Source: a bacterium
Lineage (GTDB): Bacteria > SZUA-182 > DTGQ01 > JAFGSM01
Direction of reading: 5' to 3'
Assembly (NCBI GenBank): GCA_049472355.1
Contig: JBLIRP010000047.1
Coordinates: forward strand, 1-30,453
DNA length: 30,453 nucleotides
Shown here: positions 18,034 to 25,787 of the stretch, piece after piece
Layout: the number at the start of each line of letters is the position of its first letter
Position numbering within the stretch: the first letter of the stretch is position 1
Notes under the pieces: generated by a model
The model's input: only the letters and a program-made list of their open reading frames with translations
Told to the model about the DNA's origin: nothing
Database searches by the model: none
Program-made: the position numbers and the translations under genes

Positions 18034-20625
18034 ATGAAAACGGCAGCCATACGCACGCGTATCGTCATCCTTGGTCTCATCATCGTTTCGTTTCTTTTTC
18101 AGGCCAATGCAGCGCCTGCCGGCACCCATGGAATCGGGCATTCCTGCTCCAGCACCATGGAATGCTCGCCCGGGGCTTACTGCAAAAAGGACCCGGGAGA
18201 CTGCCAGGGCGAAGGTGAATGCGAGCGACGGCCCTTTTACTGTCCCCAGGTATGGGCACCGGTATGCGGATGCGACGGCAAGACCTATCCCAACGAATGT
18301 GAAGCGTCCCGCAAGGGCATCAATGTGCAGTCACAGGGTGCATGCCAGCCCGGACAGACCCAGTGCACGGACAACGGCGACTGTGCATTGAATGACTATT
18401 GCCGGAAACAGATCGGGGTATGCGAAGCAGGCGCCGGGACCTGCGCGCCCAGGCCGGAGGTCTGTGCCCAGATATGGGACCCGGTATGCGGATGCGACGG
18501 CAAGACCTATCCCAACGAATGCACGGCTGCGACCTACGGGATCAATGTGCGATCACAAGGTGCATGCCAGCCGGGGCAGACCCAGTGTACGAACAACAGC
18601 GGTTGCCAGCCGAATGAATACTGCCGGAAGCAAACCGGGGTATGCGAGGCAGGCGCCGGGACCTGCGCGCCCAGGCCGGAGGTCTGTGCCCAGGTATGGG
18701 ACCCGGTATGCGGATGCGATGGGCAGACCTATCCCAATGCCTGCGAGGCGGCAACCCGGGGCATCAATCTCGCCACCGAATCGGCCTGCACCCCGGGGCA
18801 GATACCCTGTACCACCAACAGCGCCTGTCCGCCCGACTCCTATTGTGACAAGCCGATCGGCCAGTGTAATGCGGCCGGGACCTGCGCGCCCAGGCCGGAG
18901 GTCTGTGCACAGATATGGGACCCGGTGTGCGGATGCGACGGCACAACCTATCCCAATGAGTGCACGGCTGCCTCAAACGGCGTCAGCGTCTATCAGGAAG
19001 GCGAATGCGAGCCGGGAATCACCCCATGTACGGGCAACAGCCAATGCCCATCCGGATCGTTCTGCAAAAAGGCGGCCGGGGATTGCACGGGAAGCGGGGA
19101 ATGCGCCCCCGCACCCCAGACCTGCCCGGAAATCTACGCACCGGTATGCGGGTGCGACGGCAAAACCTACTCGAGCGAATGCGTGGCAGCCGGAAACGGC
19201 ATCAACGTGGACTATGCAGGGGAATGCACCCCCGGAGGCATAGAATGCACCGCAGATGCCGAATGTGGAACGGACGAATACTGTCAAAAGGCCACCGGGG
19301 ATTGTAACGGGAACGGGGTGTGCGCTGTGGTTCCGGAGGGATGCCCCGATGTATGGGCCCCGGTGTGCGGGTGCGACGGCAAGACCTATCCCAATGACTG
19401 CGCCGCCGCCCTGGAGGGGATTAATGTCAATTACACCGGCGAATGCCAGGGAACCGGTCCCCAGTGTTCGGACAGCAGCATTTGCCCTGCAGGGACCACC
19501 TGCCAGAAGAGCCCTGGACAGTGCTCTGGGATGGGGGTCTGCGCACCACCGCCGACGTCCTGCCCTGACGTATGGGCTCCGGTGTGCAGTTGCGACGGCA
19601 AGACCTATCCCAGCGGATGTGTTGCTACCTCCCAGGGGAAAAACATCGCCTATACCGGGGTGTGTCAGGCAAGCGACGTCACCTGTTCCGATAACAGTGC
19701 ATGCCCTGCAGGTGAGTATTGCCGGAAGGACTCCGGGGAGTGTAGTACTGCACAGGGGGCATGCGCCCCCCGTCCCGAGACGTGCCCGGACATATGGGAA
19801 CCGGTCTGCGGATGCGACGGTCAGACCTATCCCAACTCGTGCGAGGCGGCAGCCCAGGGGGTCAATGTGGACTATACCGGCCAATGCCCCGGAGGAAGCC
19901 TTTTTTGCTCCACCAACAACGATTGCTCACCCTTTGCCTATTGTCAGAAGGACCCGGGGAAGTGCACCGGCCTGGGCACGTGTGCGCCGCGTCCCGAGTT
20001 CTGCATCCAGGTCTATGACCCCGTGTGCGGGTGCGACGGAAAGACCTATTCCAATGAATGCGTGGCAGCTTCAAGCGGTGTGAGCGTCGACTATGAAGGC
20101 GCCTGCAAATCCACGCCCTCCCCCAGCCCCCAGCCCTCCCCCTTCCCGTTTCCCGGTTCCCTCTTCGGCGGGTACCCCATCGGGGGATTCCCCGGCGGGT
20201 TCCCTGGCGGAGGGTACTATGGCGGGGGATATCCCTATGGCGGCTCCTACGGGGGAGGATTCCCCTACGGCGGCATCATCGGGGGCCTTATCGGCGGATT
20301 CCCGTACGGCGGCATCGGCGGGGGCCTCATCGGCGGATTCCCGTACGGGGGCTATTCATTCGGAGGATTTGCAGGAAGCAGGTATCCGTACGGTGGTCTT
20401 TCCGGCACCACCTACCCCTATGGAGGGTTTTCCGGGACCACATTCCCGTCCGGGGGATTTTCGGGGACCACCTACCCCTACGGAGGATTTTCCGGAACCA
20501 CTTACCCCTACGGCGGGTTCACGGGTGGCTCCTTCCCCTTGGGCGGCTACTTCAGTGGGGGCTTCTTCGGATTCAACAGGGGATTCACCTCCTATCCGTT
20601 CAGCTACCCCTACTCGCAGCAATAA
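18034..20625 (+). CDS. Secreted multi-Kazal (nine units) Cys-rich protein with Gly/Tyr/Pro/Phe-rich C-terminal tail
   Basis: AAGGAGG RBS; signal peptide; nine C-x6-VC[G/S]CDG-x-TY-x3-C-x-A Kazal cores, each preceded by a five-Cys module; PSPSPQP linker and GGFPYGG/GGFSGTTYPY tail. Confidence 0.93.
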   Translation: MKTAAIRTRIVILGLIIVSFLFQANAAPAGTHGIGHSCSSTMECSPGAYCKKDPGDCQGEGECERRPFYCPQVWAPVCGCDGKTYPNECEASRKGINVQSQGACQPGQTQCTDNGDCALNDYCRKQIGVCEAGAGTCAPRPEVCAQIWDPVCGCDGKTYPNECTAATYGINVRSQGACQPGQTQCTNNSGCQPNEYCRKQTGVCEAGAGTCAPRPEVCAQVWDPVCGCDGQTYPNACEAATRGINLATESACTPGQIPCTTNSACPPDSYCDKPIGQCNAAGTCAPRPEVCAQIWDPVCGCDGTTYPNECTAASNGVSVYQEGECEPGITPCTGNSQCPSGSFCKKAAGDCTGSGECAPAPQTCPEIYAPVCGCDGKTYSSECVAAGNGINVDYAGECTPGGIECTADAECGTDEYCQKATGDCNGNGVCAVVPEGCPDVWAPVCGCDGKTYPNDCAAALEGINVNYTGECQGTGPQCSDSSICPAGTTCQKSPGQCSGMGVCAPPPTSCPDVWAPVCSCDGKTYPSGCVATSQGKNIAYTGVCQASDVTCSDNSACPAGEYCRKDSGECSTAQGACAPRPETCPDIWEPVCGCDGQTYPNSCEAAAQGVNVDYTGQCPGGSLFCSTNNDCSPFAYCQKDPGKCTGLGTCAPRPEFCIQVYDPVCGCDGKTYSNECVAASSGVSVDYEGACKSTPSPSPQPSPFPFPGSLFGGYPIGGFPGGFPGGGYYGGGYPYGGSYGGGFPYGGIIGGLIGGFPYGGIGGGLIGGFPYGGYSFGGFAGSRYPYGGLSGTTYPYGGFSGTTFPSGGFSGTTYPYGGFSGTTYPYGGFTGGSFPLGGYFSGGFFGFNRGFTSYPFSYPYSQQ
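18139..20106 (+). repeat. Intragenic tandem repeat array, nine units of about 220 bp
   Basis: GCCGGGACCTGCGCGCCCAGGCCGGAGGTCTGTGC recurs exactly in units 2, 3 and 4 (spacing 222 and 219 nt); TGCGA[C/T]GG recurs in all units. Confidence 0.9.
20380..20530 (+). repeat. 30-bp coding tandem repeat (GGFSGTTYPY-like)
   Basis: YPYGGLSGTT-YPYGGFSGTT-FPSGGFSGTT-YPYGGFSGTT-YPYGGFTGGS. Confidence 0.85.
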
Positions 20626-20689
20626 GTAGTGTGACCTTCAATGGATTTTTAGGGAAAATCGCTATAATTTAGATCATTGGCTGATTTTG

Positions 20690-20757
20690 GGCGAGGTAAC
20701 ATGGCGAGGTAACATGGTTGACGCCTTGTACAATGTGATGCATACTGTGATGTATAA
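20690..20757 (+). promoter_or_regulatory. Promoter/operator region of the toxin-antitoxin pair
   Basis: Exact tandem GGCGAGGTAACAT x2 (20690-20715); TTGACG-17 nt-CATACT (20718-20746); direct repeats TGTGATGCATA and TGTGATGTATA over the -10. Confidence 0.55.
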
Positions 20758-20786
20758 GGTATGAATTTTTGAAAGGAGACCGCTAC

Positions 20787-21071
20787 ATGGCACAGATGAT
20801 CCGGAAGCAGGTTTATATTGAACAAAGACAGGATGCAATACTAAAAAGGCTCGCCCATGTAAGAGGCGCGACCGAAGCCGAAATCATTCGAAAGGCAATC
20901 CAAAGAGAGGCCAATGCGGTTGTTGAGGGAGAAGGAAGTCCTGATCCCCAAGCATGGGGAGCTGTGCGCGACTTCATACTCACACTCATTGCGAAAGGAA
21001 GCGCAGCCGGGGGAAGAAAATGGAAGCGGCAGGATATCTATGAGGAAAGATTGAAACGAGATGGCCGTTAA
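20787..21071 (+). CDS. CopG/ribbon-helix-helix antitoxin (VapB-like)
   Basis: RKQVYI...ILKRLA...TEAEIIRKAI RHH pattern, C-terminal RKWKRQDIYEER; AAAGGAG RBS; overlaps the PIN gene start. Confidence 0.85.
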   Translation: MAQMIRKQVYIEQRQDAILKRLAHVRGATEAEIIRKAIQREANAVVEGEGSPDPQAWGAVRDFILTLIAKGSAAGGRKWKRQDIYEERLKRDGR

Positions 21072-21494
21072 ATATCTTATTGACACCAATGTGCTCGTCC
21101 ACGCCATGACCGATCGGAACCAGAAAAGCAGCGAAAGGCATTTGAAGTCATGGAGCGGCTGTATACCCTTGGTTCTGCAGCACTGACAACACAAATTCTC
21201 GCTGAGTTCTTTACCATTGTCACTCGCAAATTGAGTAATCCTTTAACGATAGAGGAATCCACGCGTCAGGTTGAGCTGTTGGCCCGTGTGTGGCCGGTTT
21301 TCGATGTGACAGCCTTCACCGTCATTGAGGCAATTCGAGGAGTCCAATCCCACCAGATGCCCTACTGGGACTCCCAAATATGGGCATCTGCGCCATTAAA
21401 TCAGATACCGATTATCTTGTCCGAAGATTTTAGTGCCGGAAGGGTGATCGAGGGAGTTCGCTTCATAAATCCCTTTATCCAGGAAATTGAATAA
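21061..21494 (+). pseudogene. vapC: PIN-domain toxin (VapC-like) with a 1-nt frameshift near 21105
   Basis: ATG 21061 gives MAVKYLIDTNVLVHA; homology continues in the -1 frame as DRSEPEKQRKA...TQILAEFF...YWDSQIWA...ILSEDF...GVRFINPF. Confidence 0.85.
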
Positions 21495-21498
21495 GTAT

Positions 21499-21760
21499 TT
21501 ATAGGAAATAGTCCTTCTCCAGGCTCTCGTTGCACCACTTTTGAATGACCTCCAGGATCGGATCGGGATTGAAATCCTCGTATCTTCCCAGGAGACATAT
21601 ATTCCCCGTCACCGGCTTGAAAAACATGTCAATGTAGGGGATGATGATGTGCGGAGGAAGTGCCTCCAGGAAAACGCATTTCTGCGCGCCGAAGTAATGC
21701 CCCAGGATCAATGCCGCATCGTTGAAATCCCCGCCGTTTGACAGGATTGTTTCCTTATTC
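21499..21760 (-). pseudogene. Probable internal fragment of an agmatine/peptidyl-arginine deiminase family gene
   Basis: ILGHYFGAQKCVFLEALP...PYIDMFFKPV...CLLGRY recalls the YFG...HIDMF..F...LVG.Y segment of that family; the catalytic His position reads Tyr; neither terminus of the enzyme is present. Confidence 0.4.
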
Positions 21761-22213
21761 TCCCCCTCAATGGATTGATCATGATGCGAGCTGCATGACA
21801 GGAGTCGTGCATGACATAGTGGCATTGTCAGCAGGTGCGTGGACGACGAGGAAGCGGAAACATGTGATACATCACTGCAACGCCTTCACAACAGTATAAT
21901 AATTTTATATCGGGGCGCATCCCGCGCTCGATCATCATTGTAGAGACCTCGGTATGCGAGGCTCCGGTCCCGTATGGCTGTAATCCGGAGATGGGGCACA
22001 AGGACGCATGGGATTGCCGGGGGCGCCGGCCGTGCCGGATACCCCCTTACAACAAGGGCACGCATGTACAGGCGTGTTTCTCTGAGCGACAGGGTGCTTG
22101 GCCGCAAACGTACTGGCCTTGCGTATTCATGGCACACGATTCTGCGCACGCCGATAGCGCCCTGGAACCCGAGCGTCACCCATTGCAGCATGGTCCGTTT
22201 CCCCTTCAGGGGG

Positions 22214-22237
22214 GGAAGTGGCCTGAAGGCCACTTCC
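22214..22237 (-). terminator. Perfect 10-bp hairpin 40 nt downstream of the 22278 stop
   Basis: GGAAGTGGCC-TGAA-GGCCACTTCC; no clear U tract, so terminator or stabilising hairpin. Confidence 0.5.
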
Positions 22238-22277
22238 TTATACGGTCTCATGCCATACGTTGTCTCGGATTGCGTAA

Positions 22278-22841
22278 CTACAGAAGCGGCAGTCCCCACA
22301 CCTCAGCAGGGGTCAGGAAGCTCGAGAACGAGTAATTGTAAATGGACGGCGGATAGAGAATGGCGTACGTGGTATTGGCTGCGTTGAAAAAGAGCCCGAA
22401 GTCATCCAATTCCGTGGGAGGCAACAGTTCGAAACCTGCGGGCAGGGTAGTAGGCACGGGCGCACCGGTTACAGGATCACTGAGATACGAGGGAGGCCAT
22501 GGATTGAACCCATAGTACGGTGCAAAATAGGTAAGGCCCCCGCCCAGGACAGAGGGAATATTATACAGGAGCCACGGGAAGCTCTGCGCCGGGTCCCATA
22601 CCAGTGCAGGTTGTACCGGGAGTATTGTGTTATTGGAGATCTGTGTCAGCAAGGGCGTGGCCAGCCCCGTACCCGGATCCACCGGAGAGAGCGCAGGCGA
22701 CCACAAAGGCCACAGGAGATTGTATGGTGGCAGCGCTTGCCAATATTGAGCCCGAGCCATTGATGCATTGACGAAGATAAAGGCGGCAAGCAGTACCAGA
22801 CCCGTAATTGCCAGCCACACAAACCTTTTTTCCTTCATCAT
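22278..22841 (-). CDS. Secreted Pro/Leu/aromatic-rich protein of unknown function
   Basis: GAGGAAAGGG RBS; signal peptide ending ARA-Q; mature sequence QYWQALPPYNLLWPLWSPALSP..., few charged residues. Confidence 0.88.
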   Translation of the reverse strand: MMKEKRFVWLAITGLVLLAAFIFVNASMARAQYWQALPPYNLLWPLWSPALSPVDPGTGLATPLLTQISNNTILPVQPALVWDPAQSFPWLLYNIPSVLGGGLTYFAPYYGFNPWPPSYLSDPVTGAPVPTTLPAGFELLPPTELDDFGLFFNAANTTYAILYPPSIYNYSFSSFLTPAEVWGLPLL

Positions 22842-22957
22842 ACCCTTTCCTCCTCATAGCACGAAGGACAGTCCAAAAAAACACTGGACGAATGAATGAT
22901 AAAGACACGCTACATGTATGCACCCCCTTCCCTTCTCTGGTCTCTTGTATGAAACAG

Positions 22958-22974
22958 AGCATGAATGGTGCCAA
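22958..22974 (-). promoter_or_regulatory. Candidate sigma54 promoter for the 22841 gene
   Basis: Minus strand TTGGCAC-CATTC-ATGCT, exact GG-N10-GC spacing. Confidence 0.7.
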
Positions 22975-23101
22975 TGGTATTTGATTGATCCTGGGCCTCC
23001 GTGAACATTGGAAGGGTACGTCCACCCTGTGATTTCCAGACAGTGAATATATGGTGCATGGTTACGAAGGGGGGATGGTGCGGATAGAAATTACGAATGA
23101 T

Positions 23102-24214
23102 TCATAATTTTTTCCCCGTTCCCAGCCATCCCTTTTCAAGGGGATCTGGGGGCACCCGTCCCTGCCGCTCTAGCCGGTAGCAGCAAAATGCGTTCTCTGC
23201 ATCGGAGCCGCTGAGGGCGAGGGGAAGATTCGGGCATCCACCCCTGCATTGGAGGTTATGGGGGCAGGTGCGGCAGAATCCCTGGAGCATTGCCGGATGA
23301 AACAGGCGGGTACGCCAAAAGCGCCCGTGGTCCTGCCAGATCGCATGCAGGGACTCCATTCTGAGATCCCCCACCATCCTTGAATCGGGAAGGGAAAGAC
23401 AGGGTTTTATCTGACCGGTGCTGCATATGCCCAGGGTGGCGATTCCTGCCGCGCACCCGGACCATACGGGCAGTTCGGTATACCCGGTAAGCCGCCCCGA
23501 AAAATACCCGAAGCAGTGACTCCCGGCAACCGGAAGGTCATCCACCCCATACGCAGCCCGGCTTTTCGAAATGAACTCGGCAACCTGGTAGACCTGCTCG
23601 GGGCTCAGGTTCCATTCATCCGACCATCGCCTGCCGTGCGCAGCCACTGCCTGCAGTTGCCACGTGATATTCCGTCCGGCCAGGAGATCCCGGAGCTCCA
23701 CAAGCTCGCCGAGATTCAGAACGGAGACGGAGGTAATGGCCCCTGTTTCAAAACCTGCATCCCTCAGCAACCACAGGGCGTTAAGCGCACGCTGGTGGGA
23801 GCCCGCTCGTCCCCGAATCCGATCGTGAATCTTCGCCGTTGCCCCGTCCAGGCTGACCCCGATCCGGCTCAACCGGCTGAGGTCCTGCAATCGCCGTATC
23901 ACCGGCGGTTCAATGAGCCATCCATTGGTGATGATCACCAGGTCCATACCAAGATCGCAGATAGCCGAGGCGACGTCGAACCATCCAGGGGCGAGAAGGG
24001 GTTCGCCGCCCAGGATACATACCTCCCGGCAGCCCAGGGAGGCCAACTGCTCCATGACCCCGATCCACTCGGCGGTGTCGAGCTCGCCCGGACGTGGATC
24101 TCCTGCGGTGGAACCGCAATGAAGGCAACGCAGGTTGCATCGCAGGGTAAGCTCTACGTTCACGAACCAAAGGGGAGGGATAGTATTCTGCATTATACCC
24201 GTTTTCTCACACAT
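23102..24214 (-). CDS. Radical SAM enzyme with SPASM domain, probable peptide/protein maturase
   Basis: CNLRCLHC SAM-cluster motif, GGEPLL, ITNG, VSLDG..HDRIRG; SPASM WSGCAAG..GQIKPC..CRTC..CRGGC..NAFC. Confidence 0.93.
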   Translation of the reverse strand: MCEKTGIMQNTIPPLWFVNVELTLRCNLRCLHCGSTAGDPRPGELDTAEWIGVMEQLASLGCREVCILGGEPLLAPGWFDVASAICDLGMDLVIITNGWLIEPPVIRRLQDLSRLSRIGVSLDGATAKIHDRIRGRAGSHQRALNALWLLRDAGFETGAITSVSVLNLGELVELRDLLAGRNITWQLQAVAAHGRRWSDEWNLSPEQVYQVAEFISKSRAAYGVDDLPVAGSHCFGYFSGRLTGYTELPVWSGCAAGIATLGICSTGQIKPCLSLPDSRMVGDLRMESLHAIWQDHGRFWRTRLFHPAMLQGFCRTCPHNLQCRGGCPNLPLALSGSDAENAFCCYRLERQGRVPPDPLEKGWLGTGKKL

Positions 24215-24292
24215 TCACCGGCTGCACCCTGTGAAAAACCTGCCGGCAGTCTCCTGTGATACGGGATTGCGCCTGTACAAGGGCATGCACAC

Positions 24293-24760
24293 CTATGCCT
24301 TCAGATGGGACCGTTTTACCAGTCCGTAGAGGGTGCCGGCCGGATACGGACTTGACGATCCCGATCCCGGGTAGATCCCCGGGTAGTTCCCTTGATACCC
24401 CCACGGGGAGCTCCACGGGGAGGACCATAGATTTCCCCAGGAACCCCACGGTGACCCCCATGCAAAGGAGGGATACGACAGGAATGACGAGGCACCCGAC
24501 CATGGGGAATAGAACGAACCGAAGGGAGACCATGGCGTATAGGACCACGGCGTGTAGTATGATGAATAGGAAGACCAGGGAGAGAAGAAGCCCCCATACG
24601 AGTATGGGAATGAAAAGAACTGGGAAGGCGCCCTGGTCTGGTATTGAATGCTTGAGCCGATACCCTGCTCGAGGGCATCCAACCCCGGAAATGCATTCAA
24701 AGGAAACAGAGATTGTGTGCTTTTTCTTCGTTCCAATCTTTTAAAATAGATGGAAGGCAT
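24293..24760 (-). CDS. Ser/Pro/Trp/Tyr/Gly-rich repeat peptide, candidate precursor for the adjacent radical SAM enzyme
   Basis: AAGGA RBS; charged N-terminal ~40 aa then a charge-free region with ten Trp, seven in [S/T]PW; no hydrophobic signal peptide; 78 nt upstream of the rSAM gene on the same strand. Confidence 0.8.
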   Translation of the reverse strand: MPSIYFKRLERRKSTQSLFPLNAFPGLDALEQGIGSSIQYQTRAPSQFFSFPYSYGGFFSPWSSYSSYYTPWSYTPWSPFGSFYSPWSGASSFLSYPSFAWGSPWGSWGNLWSSPWSSPWGYQGNYPGIYPGSGSSSPYPAGTLYGLVKRSHLKA

Positions 24761-24893
24761 AATCCTTTTCCTTTATTGAAGAATGATGTCAATGGGCCGG
24801 ACAGACGAAATCGTGGTACGGTCGATCTCCCACCCCCTTTAAAGGCATCCATTACCCTTTCCTGTATCGGTTCATTGAATACCTCTGCATGAG

Positions 24894-24911
24894 TTGCACA
24901 AAATATGCCAA
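24894..24911 (-). promoter_or_regulatory. Candidate sigma54 promoter for the peptide/rSAM operon
   Basis: Minus strand TTGGCAT-ATTTT-GTGCAA, exact GG-N10-GC spacing. Confidence 0.65.
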
Positions 24912-25295
24912 TCCGAAACGAATCTCACATGCACCTGGGATGCATTCCTCGTGCGCCATGCAGTCGGGCATATGACCATAACTACCGGTATTGACGTATC
25001 AATCACGGTACTATTACGAGGATGCACTGTCGGTATACATGCAGAACATATGCATTTTCATGCACCCGCCCCTGATCTGAACTATGCCGATAAGGCCCCT
25101 GCTGCCGACTTGTCAAGCCGCGATGGACAATGTCATAATGGTGCATAAAAGGCACGCGTTAATGGATGCCAAACCTGCCCTTCCCTTCCAAACGGTGCCG
25201 GGGGATTGCAGCGTGCCTCCGCCGGTCTGCGAACGGGCATTGAATTCGAGCACATGGAATGCCCATATCCCCATAGGTCAAAAAGGAGAGAGATC

Positions 25296-25787
25296 ATGAG
25301 TTATCACCTTGAGCCCATGTCCGAGGCGCACCGGCACCCGGTGATCGACATCTTTAATCATTTCATCATCAAGAGCTTTGCATCCTACCTTGACGCACCG
25401 GTGCCGTACGATTTCTTTGACCGCTTCCTTCACATGTCCCGTGGATATCCCTCGGTGGTCATCAAGGATGAAGCGGATGCAGTCATTGGTTTCGCCTTTC
25501 TGCACCCTTACCACCCCGCCTCCACCTTCAAAAGGACGGCGGAGATATCGTACTTCATACTGCCTGAGCACACCGGAAAGGGCCTTGGGAGGCGCGTCCT
25601 GGACTCGTTCATCGAAAAGTCACGGGCACTGGGGATTGATTCAATACTGGCGAGCATATCATCATTGAACGAGCAAAGCCTGAGCTTCCACCGAAAAAAC
25701 GGATTCAGGGAATGCGGAAGGTTTGTGAACGTAGGACGAAAATCGGGTGAGAGCTTCGATGTGGTCTGGATGCAGATGATGCTCTAA
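25296..25787 (+). CDS. GNAT N-acetyltransferase, phosphinothricin/methionine-sulfoximine acetyltransferase-like
   Basis: TAEISYFILPEHTGKGLG acetyl-CoA motif, NEQSLSFHRKNGFRECG, VGRK..FDVVWMQ; AAGGAG RBS before ATG 25296. Confidence 0.92.
   Translation: MSYHLEPMSEAHRHPVIDIFNHFIIKSFASYLDAPVPYDFFDRFLHMSRGYPSVVIKDEADAVIGFAFLHPYHPASTFKRTAEISYFILPEHTGKGLGRRVLDSFIEKSRALGIDSILASISSLNEQSLSFHRKNGFRECGRFVNVGRKSGESFDVVWMQMML

Noticed and set aside
18139..20106. Regularly spaced DNA repeats as a CRISPR array
   Set aside because: Period of about 220 bp, in frame, degenerate at third codon positions, no cas genes; fully explained by Kazal units.
21886..22387. Three overlapping ORFs of 114-137 aa
   Set aside because: No motifs or RBS, mutually overlapping and overlapping the 22278 gene end; likely non-coding or decayed DNA.
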